A stretch of 32,000 nucleotides of DNA from Nitrosopumilaceae archaeon (GTDB lineage Archaea; Thermoproteota; Nitrososphaeria; Nitrososphaerales; Nitrosopumilaceae). Below the pieces are notes generated by a model. The model had not been told where the DNA came from. It did no database searches and saw only the letters and a list, made by a program, of their open reading frames with translations. The stretch covers positions 6,724-38,723 of the forward strand of contig DATKYM010000100.1 in assembly GCA_035528495.1 (NCBI GenBank). Reading direction: 5' to 3'. The translations under genes were made by a program, and so were the position numbers. The stretch's first letter is position 1. Each line of letters begins with the position of its first letter. Positions 1 to 8,135 of this stretch are shown here, piece by piece.

Positions 1-1862
1 CTATCTTTAGGAACGACAGAAATCTTTTCATTAATTACAATCATAGAATCTACAGCCTTTTCTATCCTAAGAAAATTTGTTGATTCTGTTGGAAAAATCC
101 AAACAGGGTTTTTTTCTACGATTCCATCATCATTCCAATCCGTAGTTTCCAAGTTTACCATTACTATCGCTAAATCTTTTTTTATCTCAGACAGATGAGA
201 TTGAATTACCACAGTATCTGAGGAACCAACTATGGAATCCATTTGGCCTCGTATTCTATCAAGAGGGTAAATATCAACATTATAGCCATAAATTGCCATG
301 AAACCTCCAAAAACGATGATTGCCAAGATTCCAACCATGGAGAGGGTGTAAATTTTATTCGCCATTTTTTCGTCCTTGGTAAGAACACGTGGTTGGGTTG
401 ATTTATTTCTTTTAAAACTAGTATGAGAGACACTCATGAATGCAATAAAGAAAAATCCCACTGTTTGCAGTCCTATAATAGGTACAAAGATAGGATTGTT
501 TGAAAATATAGAAATTAAAATTCCCATTATTCCATAAACCCCAAAAAAGATTTCAAGTAAAGTAGTTTTGGTAAATGGTAAATTGTATGCTTTATCTCTC
601 CAGTTATCTTGTTTGTTTATTATCCCATATTTTGGAGTCCGTAAAAATTCATTTTTTCTTCCAAACACGGCATCAAAAACTGCTACTGTATTATTCACTG
701 ACATTCCAGCATTATAGACAAGTAATGAGGGTAAGATTTTGGCTTTTGATTTCCACGATTTGTTATACATTTTTTGAATTATCATAAGATATGCCCCAGG
801 CCCCATAGCAAGATATGTTGCAATAGTCAAAGCAGGAATAAAGCTTACAACATAGAGATTGATATCACCAGCTAAAAGAATAGGTAATGCTAAAAATTGA
901 ATTAGCATCAATGGATAAACTATGTGACGTGTTAATTGAATAAAGGCCTGAATTTTTGCCTCAATGGAAACTTTTCTTTTAATAGCAATTCCTCCAAGTA
1001 GTTTAATAGCACATTGTATTGATCCTTTAGCCCATCGGAACTGCTGTCGCTTTGCTGCATTCATTTGAACTGGAAGTTCTGCATCAACAACAATATCAGG
1101 TAAGAAAACACATTTCCATCCTTTCATTTGTGCCCGATAACTCAAGTCTAAATCTTCTACTAGCGTTGCAGTGTGCCAACCCCCAGCATCCTCTATACAA
1201 CTACGCTTCCAAATTCCTGCAGTTCCATTAAAGTTCATAAATAAATGAGAGTTACTTTTTGCCTTTTGTTCGATTAGAAAATGAAAGTCCAGACTTAATG
1301 CTTGTGCTCTAGTTATTGATGAATAGTTTTCATTAACATGTCCCCATCTACATTGTATTAGTCCAATATCAGGTTTCGAAAAGTGCGGAATTGCCCGTTT
1401 AAGAAACCATTCAGGAGGAATAAAATCAGCATCAAAGATTGCAACAAATTCTGAATCTGTTGTTAGCATTGCATGTTTGAGCGCTCCTGCTTTGTACCCC
1501 TTTCTAGTTCCACGTCTAATATGGTCAATTTGAAATCCCTTTTTTTTATAATCATTTACTGCATCAGCTAAAAGGTCAACCGTATCATCATCAGAATCAT
1601 CTAAAACCATAATTTTCATTTTGTCTTTAGGATAATCTAACGCACATACAGCATCAACTAAGCGCTTGGCTACATATTTTTCATTATAAATTGGAAGCTG
1701 AATAGTTACTGATGGAGTACCAAGATCCTTTGTAATTAAGGATTCTTTTCTTCTAGTTGAAAGAAAAGTCAGATAGTAAAAGTTTAGAGTATATGCCGTA
1801 ATTATTATAGCTGAAATTATAAAAAGATCAAATACAAATTGGCTGAAAGGATTAACTGCCAT
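1..1862 (-). CDS. Family-2 (GT2) processive beta-glycosyltransferase, cellulose/mannan-synthase-like, polytopic membrane protein. Its 3' end runs off the left edge of the window.
   Basis: Absent from the ORF track because no stop codon lies in the window. Manual translation from the ATG at 1862 gives MAVNPFSQFVFDLF..VTIQLPIYNEKYV..VLDDSDDDT..AIFDADF..LVEDLDLSYRA..RQQFRWAKGS. Several hydrophobic helices and a soluble C-terminal extension follow. The D,D,D plus QxxRW motif set is typical of processive GT2 synthases. Confidence 0.85.
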   Translation of the reverse strand, partial: MAVNPFSQFVFDLFIISAIIITAYTLNFYYLTFLSTRRKESLITKDLGTPSVTIQLPIYNEKYVAKRLVDAVCALDYPKDKMKIMVLDDSDDDTVDLLADAVNDYKKKGFQIDHIRRGTRKGYKAGALKHAMLTTDSEFVAIFDADFIPPEWFLKRAIPHFSKPDIGLIQCRWGHVNENYSSITRAQALSLDFHFLIEQKAKSNSHLFMNFNGTAGIWKRSCIEDAGGWHTATLVEDLDLSYRAQMKGWKCVFLPDIVVDAELPVQMNAAKRQQFRWAKGSIQCAIKLLGGIAIKRKVSIEAKIQAFIQLTRHIVYPLMLIQFLALPILLAGDINLYVVSFIPALTIATYLAMGPGAYLMIIQKMYNKSWKSKAKILPSLLVYNAGMSVNNTVAVFDAVFGRKNEFLRTPKYGIINKQDNWRDKAYNLPFTKTTLLEIFFGVYGIMGILISIFSNNPIFVPIIGLQTVGFFFIAFMSVSHTSFKRNKSTQPRVLTKDEKMANKIYTLSMVGILAIIVFGGFMAIYGYNVDIYPLDRIRGQMDSIVGSSDTVVIQSHLSEIKKDLAIVMVNLETTDWNDDGIVEKNPVWIFPTESTNFLRIEKAVDSMIVINEKISVVPKD

Positions 1863-1892
1863 ACCGTATAGCTAATCAAGCTACGTGGTGGC

Positions 1893-1900
1893 TATTTATA
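1893..1900 (-). promoter_or_regulatory. TATA-box-like element upstream of the GT2 gene
   Basis: The minus strand reads TATAAATA, 31-38 nt upstream of the ATG at 1862, inside the 54-nt gap after the ferredoxin gene stop. Confidence 0.35.
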
Positions 1901-1916
1901 CGTGTAAACTTAGGAT

Positions 1917-2864
1917 TTATTTTTGTTCAAAAATCTTGATAGCCGATGGTGGACATACACCTTCACAAGCAAGGCAGAAAATACAATCAGGTTCTTTTGA
2001 CATTAGGGGTTTTTTTTCAGATGCAACATTTCCGGGGGTGTTAAACCATTCGTAAACTCCAACAGGACACGCTTCTATACATGCACCATCTGCAATACAA
2101 ATATCATAATCTACAGATACAAACTCTCCCCATACTCCTAATTGTTTATTGTCTGCACCACGTCGTCCCCATGTCTTAATGGAATATCCTGAAGCGCTAA
2201 ATGCAGCAGTGGCCCTCATTTTTGATTTAAACTCAACATCGATTGGACCAGATTTGGGACCATCAAGTTCAGGAATTGCAGGTCCCCCTTCATCTCCCGC
2301 TAATTCTTCTACAGGTTTTGGTTTTGGTTTAGCATCAAGGACTATTTTTGCCAAAGGAGTCATTTCTTCTAATTTTATAATTGCGTTTAGTTCAGATATT
2401 TTTTCATCTTTAATTATAGAATCAATCATCTTATCGGCCAAAATTGTATTTCGTAAAATAGTATCAATAATCATTTTTGCAAAATGATCTGCTTTTTTCC
2501 TATAATCTTTTACCCATTGCGGATCTCCAAATTTTTCAATCGGAAATATTTGATAGATAATATCGACAACTTCTCCTGTGACAATTTCTACTGTTACAGA
2601 TAATTCAACTTCTTCATAGCCTTTGGCATCAGGATCATCCATGTTTTGTTCTTTCCAACGATAGGTAGCAAAGATTCTATCGGCATATGCGTCCATTTCA
2701 AATGCCTTTTTCATACCGTCATGAACGGACTTTATTTCGTCTGGATCTTCTAGAGTAATTGGTAATCTATAAAGTCCCAATTTGAAACCATGTAGAGGAT
2801 AAACTCCACGCTTTGCAGTAGATGCCTCCATTGACCAAACACGATCTTTTAGGAGTACGGACAT
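1917..2864 (-). CDS. Fusion protein: unrecognised Cys-free N-terminal domain (~200 aa), a Pro/Lys-rich linker, and a C-terminal Sulfolobus-type 7Fe (3Fe-4S + 4Fe-4S) ferredoxin module
   Basis: 315-aa ORF. The C-terminus reads VSVDYDICIADGACIEACPVGVYEW..NTPGNVASEKK..EPDCIFCLACEGVCPPSAI. This is CxxDxxCxxxCP followed by CxxCxxCxxxCP, as in archaeal dicluster 'zinc' ferredoxins. The linker is KPKPKPVEELAGDEGGPAIPELDGPKSGP. Confidence 0.85.
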   Translation of the reverse strand: MSVLLKDRVWSMEASTAKRGVYPLHGFKLGLYRLPITLEDPDEIKSVHDGMKKAFEMDAYADRIFATYRWKEQNMDDPDAKGYEEVELSVTVEIVTGEVVDIIYQIFPIEKFGDPQWVKDYRKKADHFAKMIIDTILRNTILADKMIDSIIKDEKISELNAIIKLEEMTPLAKIVLDAKPKPKPVEELAGDEGGPAIPELDGPKSGPIDVEFKSKMRATAAFSASGYSIKTWGRRGADNKQLGVWGEFVSVDYDICIADGACIEACPVGVYEWFNTPGNVASEKKPLMSKEPDCIFCLACEGVCPPSAIKIFEQK

Positions 2865-2901
2865 TTGATTTCAATACATTGTTTTTCTTTAAAAAGGTTA
2901 T

Positions 2902-3210
2902 CTAGTCGTCATCAGGACAAGTAAGTTCCCTAAGTTCAGTGTATTTTTTTTCCATAGCCTCAGCATGTTTTGAGACTTGGTTTAAATCAAATAGGTTTTT
3001 TGAAAAGTACCATCTAATTGGAACCCAATGTCCAATACCATCCATATCATGAATCATACCCTTGTCTGCTTTGACGTTTAATTTTTCATCAACTGAAGTT
3101 TCCTTTACTGTAAGACCTCGTTTGGTTTTATCCTCCATAATAATTTCTGAAGATCCGTCTTTGACATAATAAAAGGAACCTTGCTTTAAAATAGGAAGGT
3201 CTAAAAGCAA
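2902..3210 (-). CDS. Hypothetical protein (start uncertain: TTG at 3210 or ATG at 3138)
   Basis: 102-aa ORF, same strand as its neighbours. The TTG start lies 1 nt after the rhodanese stop. No family recognised. Confidence 0.5.
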   Translation of the reverse strand: MLLDLPILKQGSFYYVKDGSSEIIMEDKTKRGLTVKETSVDEKLNVKADKGMIHDMDGIGHWVPIRWYFSKNLFDLNQVSKHAEAMEKKYTELRELTCPDDD

Positions 3211-3211
3211 T

Positions 3212-4057
3212 TTATTTTTCCACAGGATTTCCTATCATGTTACCCCATTCAGTCCATGAGCCATCATAGTTTCGAACTTGTGGGTAACCAAGCAAATACT
3301 TTAGAACAAACCAACTGTGAGAAGATCTTTCCCCAATTCTGCAATAGCATATTACATCTTTATCTGGTGTGATCCCTTTTGGTTCATAATTTTGTTTAAG
3401 CTCATCTACTGATTTGAAAGTCCCATCTGCATCATTTACAGCAGTTGCCCAAGGAATGTTATTTGCACCAGGAATATGTCCTCCTCGTTGAGCATGCTCC
3501 ATTGGATATTCTGGAGGTGCAGTTATTGCTCCTGTGAATTCAGCAGGAGATCTTACATCTACCATTACAGTGTCTTCTTTATCCAATGCTCTGCTAACAT
3601 CAAACAAGTACGCACGTAATCCCTCATTAGGTGGTTGTGCCACATATTTGGTCGATTCGAATTGTGGTTCTTCAGTTGTATATTCTCTATTTTCTAATTC
3701 CCATTTTTTTCTCCCACCATCCATTATTTTGAGATTTTCATGTCCGTATATTTTGAAAACCCAAAAAACAAATGCAGCAAACCAGTTGTTAAAATCACCA
3801 TACAGAATTACTTCAGTATCAGCAGTAATTCCATTTCTTGCCATCAATTCCTCAAATTGTTTTTTACTGATAATGTCTCGAGTTATTGGATCATTGATAT
3901 CTCGTTTCCACCAGATTAAGCTTGCACTTTTGATATGACCTTTCTGATATCCATTTACCGGATCATAATCAACTTCAACTAATTTTCTATTTTCATTTGG
4001 AGGGTTTTTAGACATCCAATCTGTATCTACTAGAACCTCAGGGTGTGCGTAACTCAT
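3212..4057 (-). CDS. Tandem-domain rhodanese (thiosulfate sulfurtransferase-like)
   Basis: 281 aa with two rhodanese domains. The catalytic loop CYCRIGERSS (CRxGxR type) is in the C-terminal domain. The N-terminal domain lacks the catalytic Cys. Confidence 0.9.
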   Translation of the reverse strand: MSYAHPEVLVDTDWMSKNPPNENRKLVEVDYDPVNGYQKGHIKSASLIWWKRDINDPITRDIISKKQFEELMARNGITADTEVILYGDFNNWFAAFVFWVFKIYGHENLKIMDGGRKKWELENREYTTEEPQFESTKYVAQPPNEGLRAYLFDVSRALDKEDTVMVDVRSPAEFTGAITAPPEYPMEHAQRGGHIPGANNIPWATAVNDADGTFKSVDELKQNYEPKGITPDKDVICYCRIGERSSHSWFVLKYLLGYPQVRNYDGSWTEWGNMIGNPVEK

Positions 4058-4151
4058 TATATTTCATAAATTTGGTTTCATACTTAATTGTTTTTCCTCA
4101 AGGATACCTCAAAAATATCATTTTTAAGTAAATGAAAATCAGAAAAAGTGG

Positions 4152-4967
4152 TTGAAACTAAACAAAGTTGCGATTGTTAGTAAAGTAGGGTCAAAGGAAT
4201 CAGAGGATACAGCCATAGATGTTGCAAAAAAATTTCTGGCCATAAAGTCTAAAGTGTATACCATTGCCCCCATTGAAGTAAAAGGTGCAATAAAGATTGA
4301 AACACTTGCAGATCTAAAAAAAGAGAATTTAGATCTTGTAGTAACACTTGGAGGAGACGGAACCACTCTTAGGGTCTTCCGGCACTTGGACAATGAAACT
4401 CCAATACTTACAATTAACGTAGGAGGAAATAGAGGAATACTTGCAGAGATTACCATAGAAGAGTTAGATAATGCAATAAATCAAATTTTAAAAGGTAAGT
4501 TCTTTTTAGATAAAAGGATTAGAGTCGTAGCTTCTTGTGGAGGTAAAGAATTTCCTCCAGCATTAAATGAAATTTATATCAATAGAACTAATCTTACTAA
4601 AACAGCCGAAATAGAAATTAAATTTCAAAACGATACAGTTAAACAAAAAATGGATGGGGTGATTATTGCAACGCCAAGTGGTTCAACAGGTCATTCATTT
4701 TCATTAGGTGGGCCAATCCTTCATGAAAGTCTTAATGTACTGATAATTACGCCTGTAGCACCTGTCTATAGATTAGAATCGATTGTGGTTCCCGATGAAA
4801 AAATAGAAATAATATCATCACATGATTGCCACATAGTTATGGATGCACAGGTTGTAAAATCTGCTGGCTATGAAGAACCAATCATAATAAAAAAATACAA
4901 AAAACCTGCAGTCTTTATAAGATTAAAGAAAAAAGGACTAAGACAGATGAGCAAACTTGGATTTTAG
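4152..4967 (+). CDS. nadK: NAD kinase (ATP-NAD kinase)
   Basis: 271 aa with the GGDGT motif (VVTLGGDGTTLRVF) and the downstream ATPSGSTGHSFSLGGP motif. TTG start. A TATA-like TTTTTAAGTA sits about 26 nt upstream. Confidence 0.9.
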   Translation: MKLNKVAIVSKVGSKESEDTAIDVAKKFLAIKSKVYTIAPIEVKGAIKIETLADLKKENLDLVVTLGGDGTTLRVFRHLDNETPILTINVGGNRGILAEITIEELDNAINQILKGKFFLDKRIRVVASCGGKEFPPALNEIYINRTNLTKTAEIEIKFQNDTVKQKMDGVIIATPSGSTGHSFSLGGPILHESLNVLIITPVAPVYRLESIVVPDEKIEIISSHDCHIVMDAQVVKSAGYEEPIIIKKYKKPAVFIRLKKKGLRQMSKLGF

Positions 4968-5463
4968 AATTCTAGATGCAAGTGCATTTTATGCAGGGAT
5001 TCCGTTTGGGAGTGTCAATGACTGCTACACTACATCGATGGTATATGAGGAAATAAAACATATCAAGAAAAATCACGAAGTTTTAGAAACATTACTGGAA
5101 ACTAGTAGATTAAAAATTAGAGAACCGAATCAAGAGGCCATGGATTTAGCTATCACAGCTGCTAAAAATACAGGGGATTATCAACAACTTTCAAAACCGG
5201 ATTTGTCAATTATTGCTTTATGCATAGATCTTGAAGGTCAATTAATTACAGATGATTTTTCAATCTCAAATGTTGCAAAAAATCTAGGGTTAAAAATTTC
5301 CCCCATAATGACCAGCGGTATCAAAGATGTAGGAAGATGGATTCATTATTGTCCAGGTTGTCGCTCTAACCATAAAAATGGCATAGAGTGTCCAATGTGC
5401 GGGACACCTCTTAAAAAAAAATTAATCAAGAGGCAAACCTCTGCCGTTCCACTCAACAAATGA
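4957..5463 (+). CDS. nob1: Nob1-like endonuclease (PIN domain plus C-terminal zinc ribbon), 16S rRNA 3'-end maturation
   Basis: 168 aa. PIN-like N-terminus (RILDASAFYAG ... LITDDFSISNVA) and a CPGC..x..CPMCG zinc ribbon. TTG start overlaps the nadK end by 11 nt. No in-frame ATG lies upstream of the conserved N-terminus. Confidence 0.8.
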   Translation: MDFRILDASAFYAGIPFGSVNDCYTTSMVYEEIKHIKKNHEVLETLLETSRLKIREPNQEAMDLAITAAKNTGDYQQLSKPDLSIIALCIDLEGQLITDDFSISNVAKNLGLKISPIMTSGIKDVGRWIHYCPGCRSNHKNGIECPMCGTPLKKKLIKRQTSAVPLNK

Positions 5464-6180
5464 GCCATCAAAGAGTTTTACATGGTTAAATCCTGCAATC
5501 AACAGTTGGACTAAAAGACTTGATGCTCTATGTCCATGCATGCAATAGCATACAATTTCAGATTCTTTAGAAATATTATTTTTTGAAAACATATCTTCCA
5601 AAAAAATTTTTTCTTGAAATAAATTCCCAGTGTAACTAATGCCTTCAGTAAATGGAATTAATTTTGAATTAGGTAGATGACCCATCATATATTCTTGAGG
5701 ACTACGAGCATCTAAAATTACAAAATTGTTTAAATTCTCACTCAGATTTTTGTATTCTATTCTAATTTTTGGGTTTATCTTCAGAGAAAAAGAAACAGGT
5801 TTTGGGGAGAATATTTTTTTTGTAAAATCAAATCCTTTTTCCTGAAGTCCAGAAATGTTTGAATCAAGAATATGAGTATTTTTGTGACCCAAATAAAGAA
5901 GAGTCCATGCAATTCTAGCAGCAGAAGGATCCATCGAATCTCCGATAACAAGTACAGTTTTTGTGTCATCTATTCCAATAGAACCAAAAAGAGAAGATAG
6001 CATGTCTTCATCACCAACTAAATTTGAACCGAATTGATCAAATTTGATTACTTGTTCTATGGTTAGTGATTGAGAATTTCTCAAGTGTCCGTAAAGAAAC
6101 ATTGTTTTTGGCCGTGTGTCTAAAATTACAAGATCTGGATTAGATTGATTATTTTTTAACCATTCAGTTGAAACTAACAC
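5422..6180 (-). CDS. Tandem-domain rhodanese, second paralogue
   Basis: 252 aa with two rhodanese domains. The catalytic loop is CYCMHGHRAS. The first domain has D in place of the catalytic Cys. GTG start. Confidence 0.85.
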   Translation of the reverse strand: MLVSTEWLKNNQSNPDLVILDTRPKTMFLYGHLRNSQSLTIEQVIKFDQFGSNLVGDEDMLSSLFGSIGIDDTKTVLVIGDSMDPSAARIAWTLLYLGHKNTHILDSNISGLQEKGFDFTKKIFSPKPVSFSLKINPKIRIEYKNLSENLNNFVILDARSPQEYMMGHLPNSKLIPFTEGISYTGNLFQEKIFLEDMFSKNNISKESEIVCYCMHGHRASSLLVQLLIAGFNHVKLFDGSFVEWNGRGLPLD

Positions 6181-6214
6181 AAATGTTTCAGATTTTTTAA
6201 TTTATTTAACGGTA

Positions 6215-6919
6215 TCAGGTGTCATGTAATGTTTTTTGGTTTGATTTTTTTAGAAATTTACTTTCAGATTCAAGCATTTTCTTTATTTTTTTTGAACGAG
6301 CTTCGCCAAGACCCTCTACCTTGGCAAGTTCTGATATTGTAGCATTGAGTGCATTTATTGGAGAGCCAAACTTTTCCAACATTCGAGTGGCAAATTTTTC
6401 CCCAACTCCTGGAAGACTGCAAAGAGAAGAAAGTTGTTGTTTCTCTAAATCATTTGATTTCCTAATTTTTTTCAAAAATGGGCCTTTAGGAGAGTCTTTT
6501 CTTGAACACATCGATAAAAGTAGTTTTGCAGTATGAGCAGCGTTAGGAGTGGGGATTACTGGAATTTTAAAATCAATAACTACTGTTGAGAGAGCACCAT
6601 AGAATACTAGTGGATTTTCAGCTATCTCTTCGATTTCATCAACGTTTCCCTCCATCAGAACTACAGGGAATTCAAAATTTTCCTTTAGTCTGGTGCATTG
6701 GTCAAATAATCGTCCATCGAATATAGAGGCCAATAGATCTCGAATACTTTTTCTTTCGACTATAGTTTCAGGAGCTACAATATAATCACCAATAGGAAGA
6801 GTCTTCATCTCTACATTCAGTCCGATTGATTTGAGAAGATCAGGAATTCCACTTTTCCTTTCTCTTTCATCGACGACTATTCGTAAATTTTCTAATTTCA
6901 CCAAATCTACTTCAAGCAA
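6215..6919 (-). CDS. xpf: Short-form XPF/ERCC4 structure-specific endonuclease with a C-terminal (HhH)2 domain
   Basis: 234 aa. ERCC4 signature VVDERE..GDYIV..ERKSIRDL. HhH motif LPGVGEKFATRMLEKFGS. No helicase domain, as in the crenarchaeal-type short XPF. Confidence 0.85.
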   Translation of the reverse strand: MLEVDLVKLENLRIVVDERERKSGIPDLLKSIGLNVEMKTLPIGDYIVAPETIVERKSIRDLLASIFDGRLFDQCTRLKENFEFPVVLMEGNVDEIEEIAENPLVFYGALSTVVIDFKIPVIPTPNAAHTAKLLLSMCSRKDSPKGPFLKKIRKSNDLEKQQLSSLCSLPGVGEKFATRMLEKFGSPINALNATISELAKVEGLGEARSKKIKKMLESESKFLKKSNQKTLHDT

Positions 6920-6952
6920 TTTATTAATATCTTAATTGAAATTTTGATTCCC

Positions 6953-7363
6953 TTATTTTCTTGGGTTATCAGGAGGGGTATTTACCTGAGTATTTGTAGT
7001 TGGACCTGTAGGAGTTCCACTTTTCATCATTTCTGTGATTTTAGCCTCTTGTTCTTTTAGATTCTCTTTTAGTCTACCTTCTTGTTTTTCAAGAACTGTC
7101 GAACGAGTTTTAGCAAGCTCGCCTCTTTCTTCAAGGTCTTCAATGAGTTCTTTTTTAGTAGATTTTATCAAAATGGAGCCTGTGTGTTTATACACAATAT
7201 CTTCATCTAGTGCCTTTTTTAGTTCTTCAAGGGATTTTTCAATCTCAATTTTTTCCATTTCAATTTGTTGTTTTTGTTGCATTATTGCTTGGAGATTTTG
7301 TTGAGATTGCTGCATTTTCATTAATTGCTCCTGAAGCCAGGGAGGCATTTGTCCAGTTGACAT
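6953..7363 (-). CDS. pfdB: Prefoldin beta subunit
   Basis: 136 aa. Coiled coil, beta-hairpin, coiled coil layout (QQLQ-rich N-terminal helix, VYKHTGSILIK hairpin, C-terminal helix). This is its usual position in the exosome superoperon. Confidence 0.85.
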   Translation of the reverse strand: MSTGQMPPWLQEQLMKMQQSQQNLQAIMQQKQQIEMEKIEIEKSLEELKKALDEDIVYKHTGSILIKSTKKELIEDLEERGELAKTRSTVLEKQEGRLKENLKEQEAKITEMMKSGTPTGPTTNTQVNTPPDNPRK

Positions 7364-7405
7364 ATCATTCGAGAGATTTTAATTTCATTATATCTTTACC
7401 GGAGG

Positions 7406-8074
7406 TTATATCGAGTATTGGGAATAAAATTGATCTAGTCGTTGCTCAAGTAATTCATGATAGTCATCAGGGTTTTTAATGAATTCAATCCTAGTGTTTT
7501 TTTCGCTTGAAACAAGAATTACAATTTGCTCCACTTTAATCCCTGTAAGTTCCCTAAACATTTCTCCGTATGATGTTGCTTGAATAAAATGATCCGTAAG
7601 CCATTCTTCTCGTTGATTGCTTCGTTTGGTCTTGTAATCAATTATAGATAATTTTCCATCATATTCTGCAATACAGTCCGAAGTTCCTGCAAGTTTCATT
7701 TTGTTGCTGTATAGTCTTAATTCAATACCATGAATATCATTAATTTTATCTACAAAAGGAAGAAGGTTGTTAAAATGAGCCTCAGAAAAGAGTCTGAATT
7801 TCTCAGAATGCTCTATTCCGTTTAAATAATTTTCAATCAGTTTGTGGGTTTCAGAGCCAATTAACGCAGCTTGTTGAGTAATGTAATCTGCGGCAATTTC
7901 CTGTTCTTTCCAGTTTTGTAAGCTTTGTTGTTTTTCTAGAGTCTGTGTTTTTTGTAAAATGGTTGTAATTGATGGATATATTATTCCACTTGGTGTTTGG
8001 TAATAATGTCCGTCATCTTTTTCGATAAGTTCTGATTGTGTAAAGTTGACGGGAACATGATTAAATTTAGCCAT
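7406..8074 (-). CDS. Stand-alone PD-(D/E)XK nuclease, RecB/AddB/Cas4-like branch, without Fe-S cysteines
   Basis: 222 aa. Motif order: YPSITTIL .. W .. GSETHKLIE .. GTSDCIAEY .. LSIIDYKTKR .. QATSY (QxxxY). Confidence 0.7.
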   Translation of the reverse strand: MAKFNHVPVNFTQSELIEKDDGHYYQTPSGIIYPSITTILQKTQTLEKQQSLQNWKEQEIAADYITQQAALIGSETHKLIENYLNGIEHSEKFRLFSEAHFNNLLPFVDKINDIHGIELRLYSNKMKLAGTSDCIAEYDGKLSIIDYKTKRSNQREEWLTDHFIQATSYGEMFRELTGIKVEQIVILVSSEKNTRIEFIKNPDDYHELLEQRLDQFYSQYSI

Positions 8075-8135
8075 TTTTTTTCTTGATTATTTTTAAATTA
8101 TAGTTTTTTAAATTTTATAAATCACTTCACAAAAA

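Noticed and set aside
230-787. Track ORFs 230-433 (minus) and 575-787 (plus).
   Set aside because: Both lie entirely inside the long GT2 reading frame, which is open from 1862 to the window edge. They are in other frames, have low-complexity hydrophobic translations, and show no motifs. They are most likely frame shadows.
6218-6238. PCNA-interacting (PIP-box-like) tail on XPF (..NQKTLHDT).
   Set aside because: It has the Q and L of QxxLxxFF but lacks the aromatic pair, and the protein ends too soon. A C-terminal PCNA motif is known for crenarchaeal XPF, but this sequence is too degenerate to claim.
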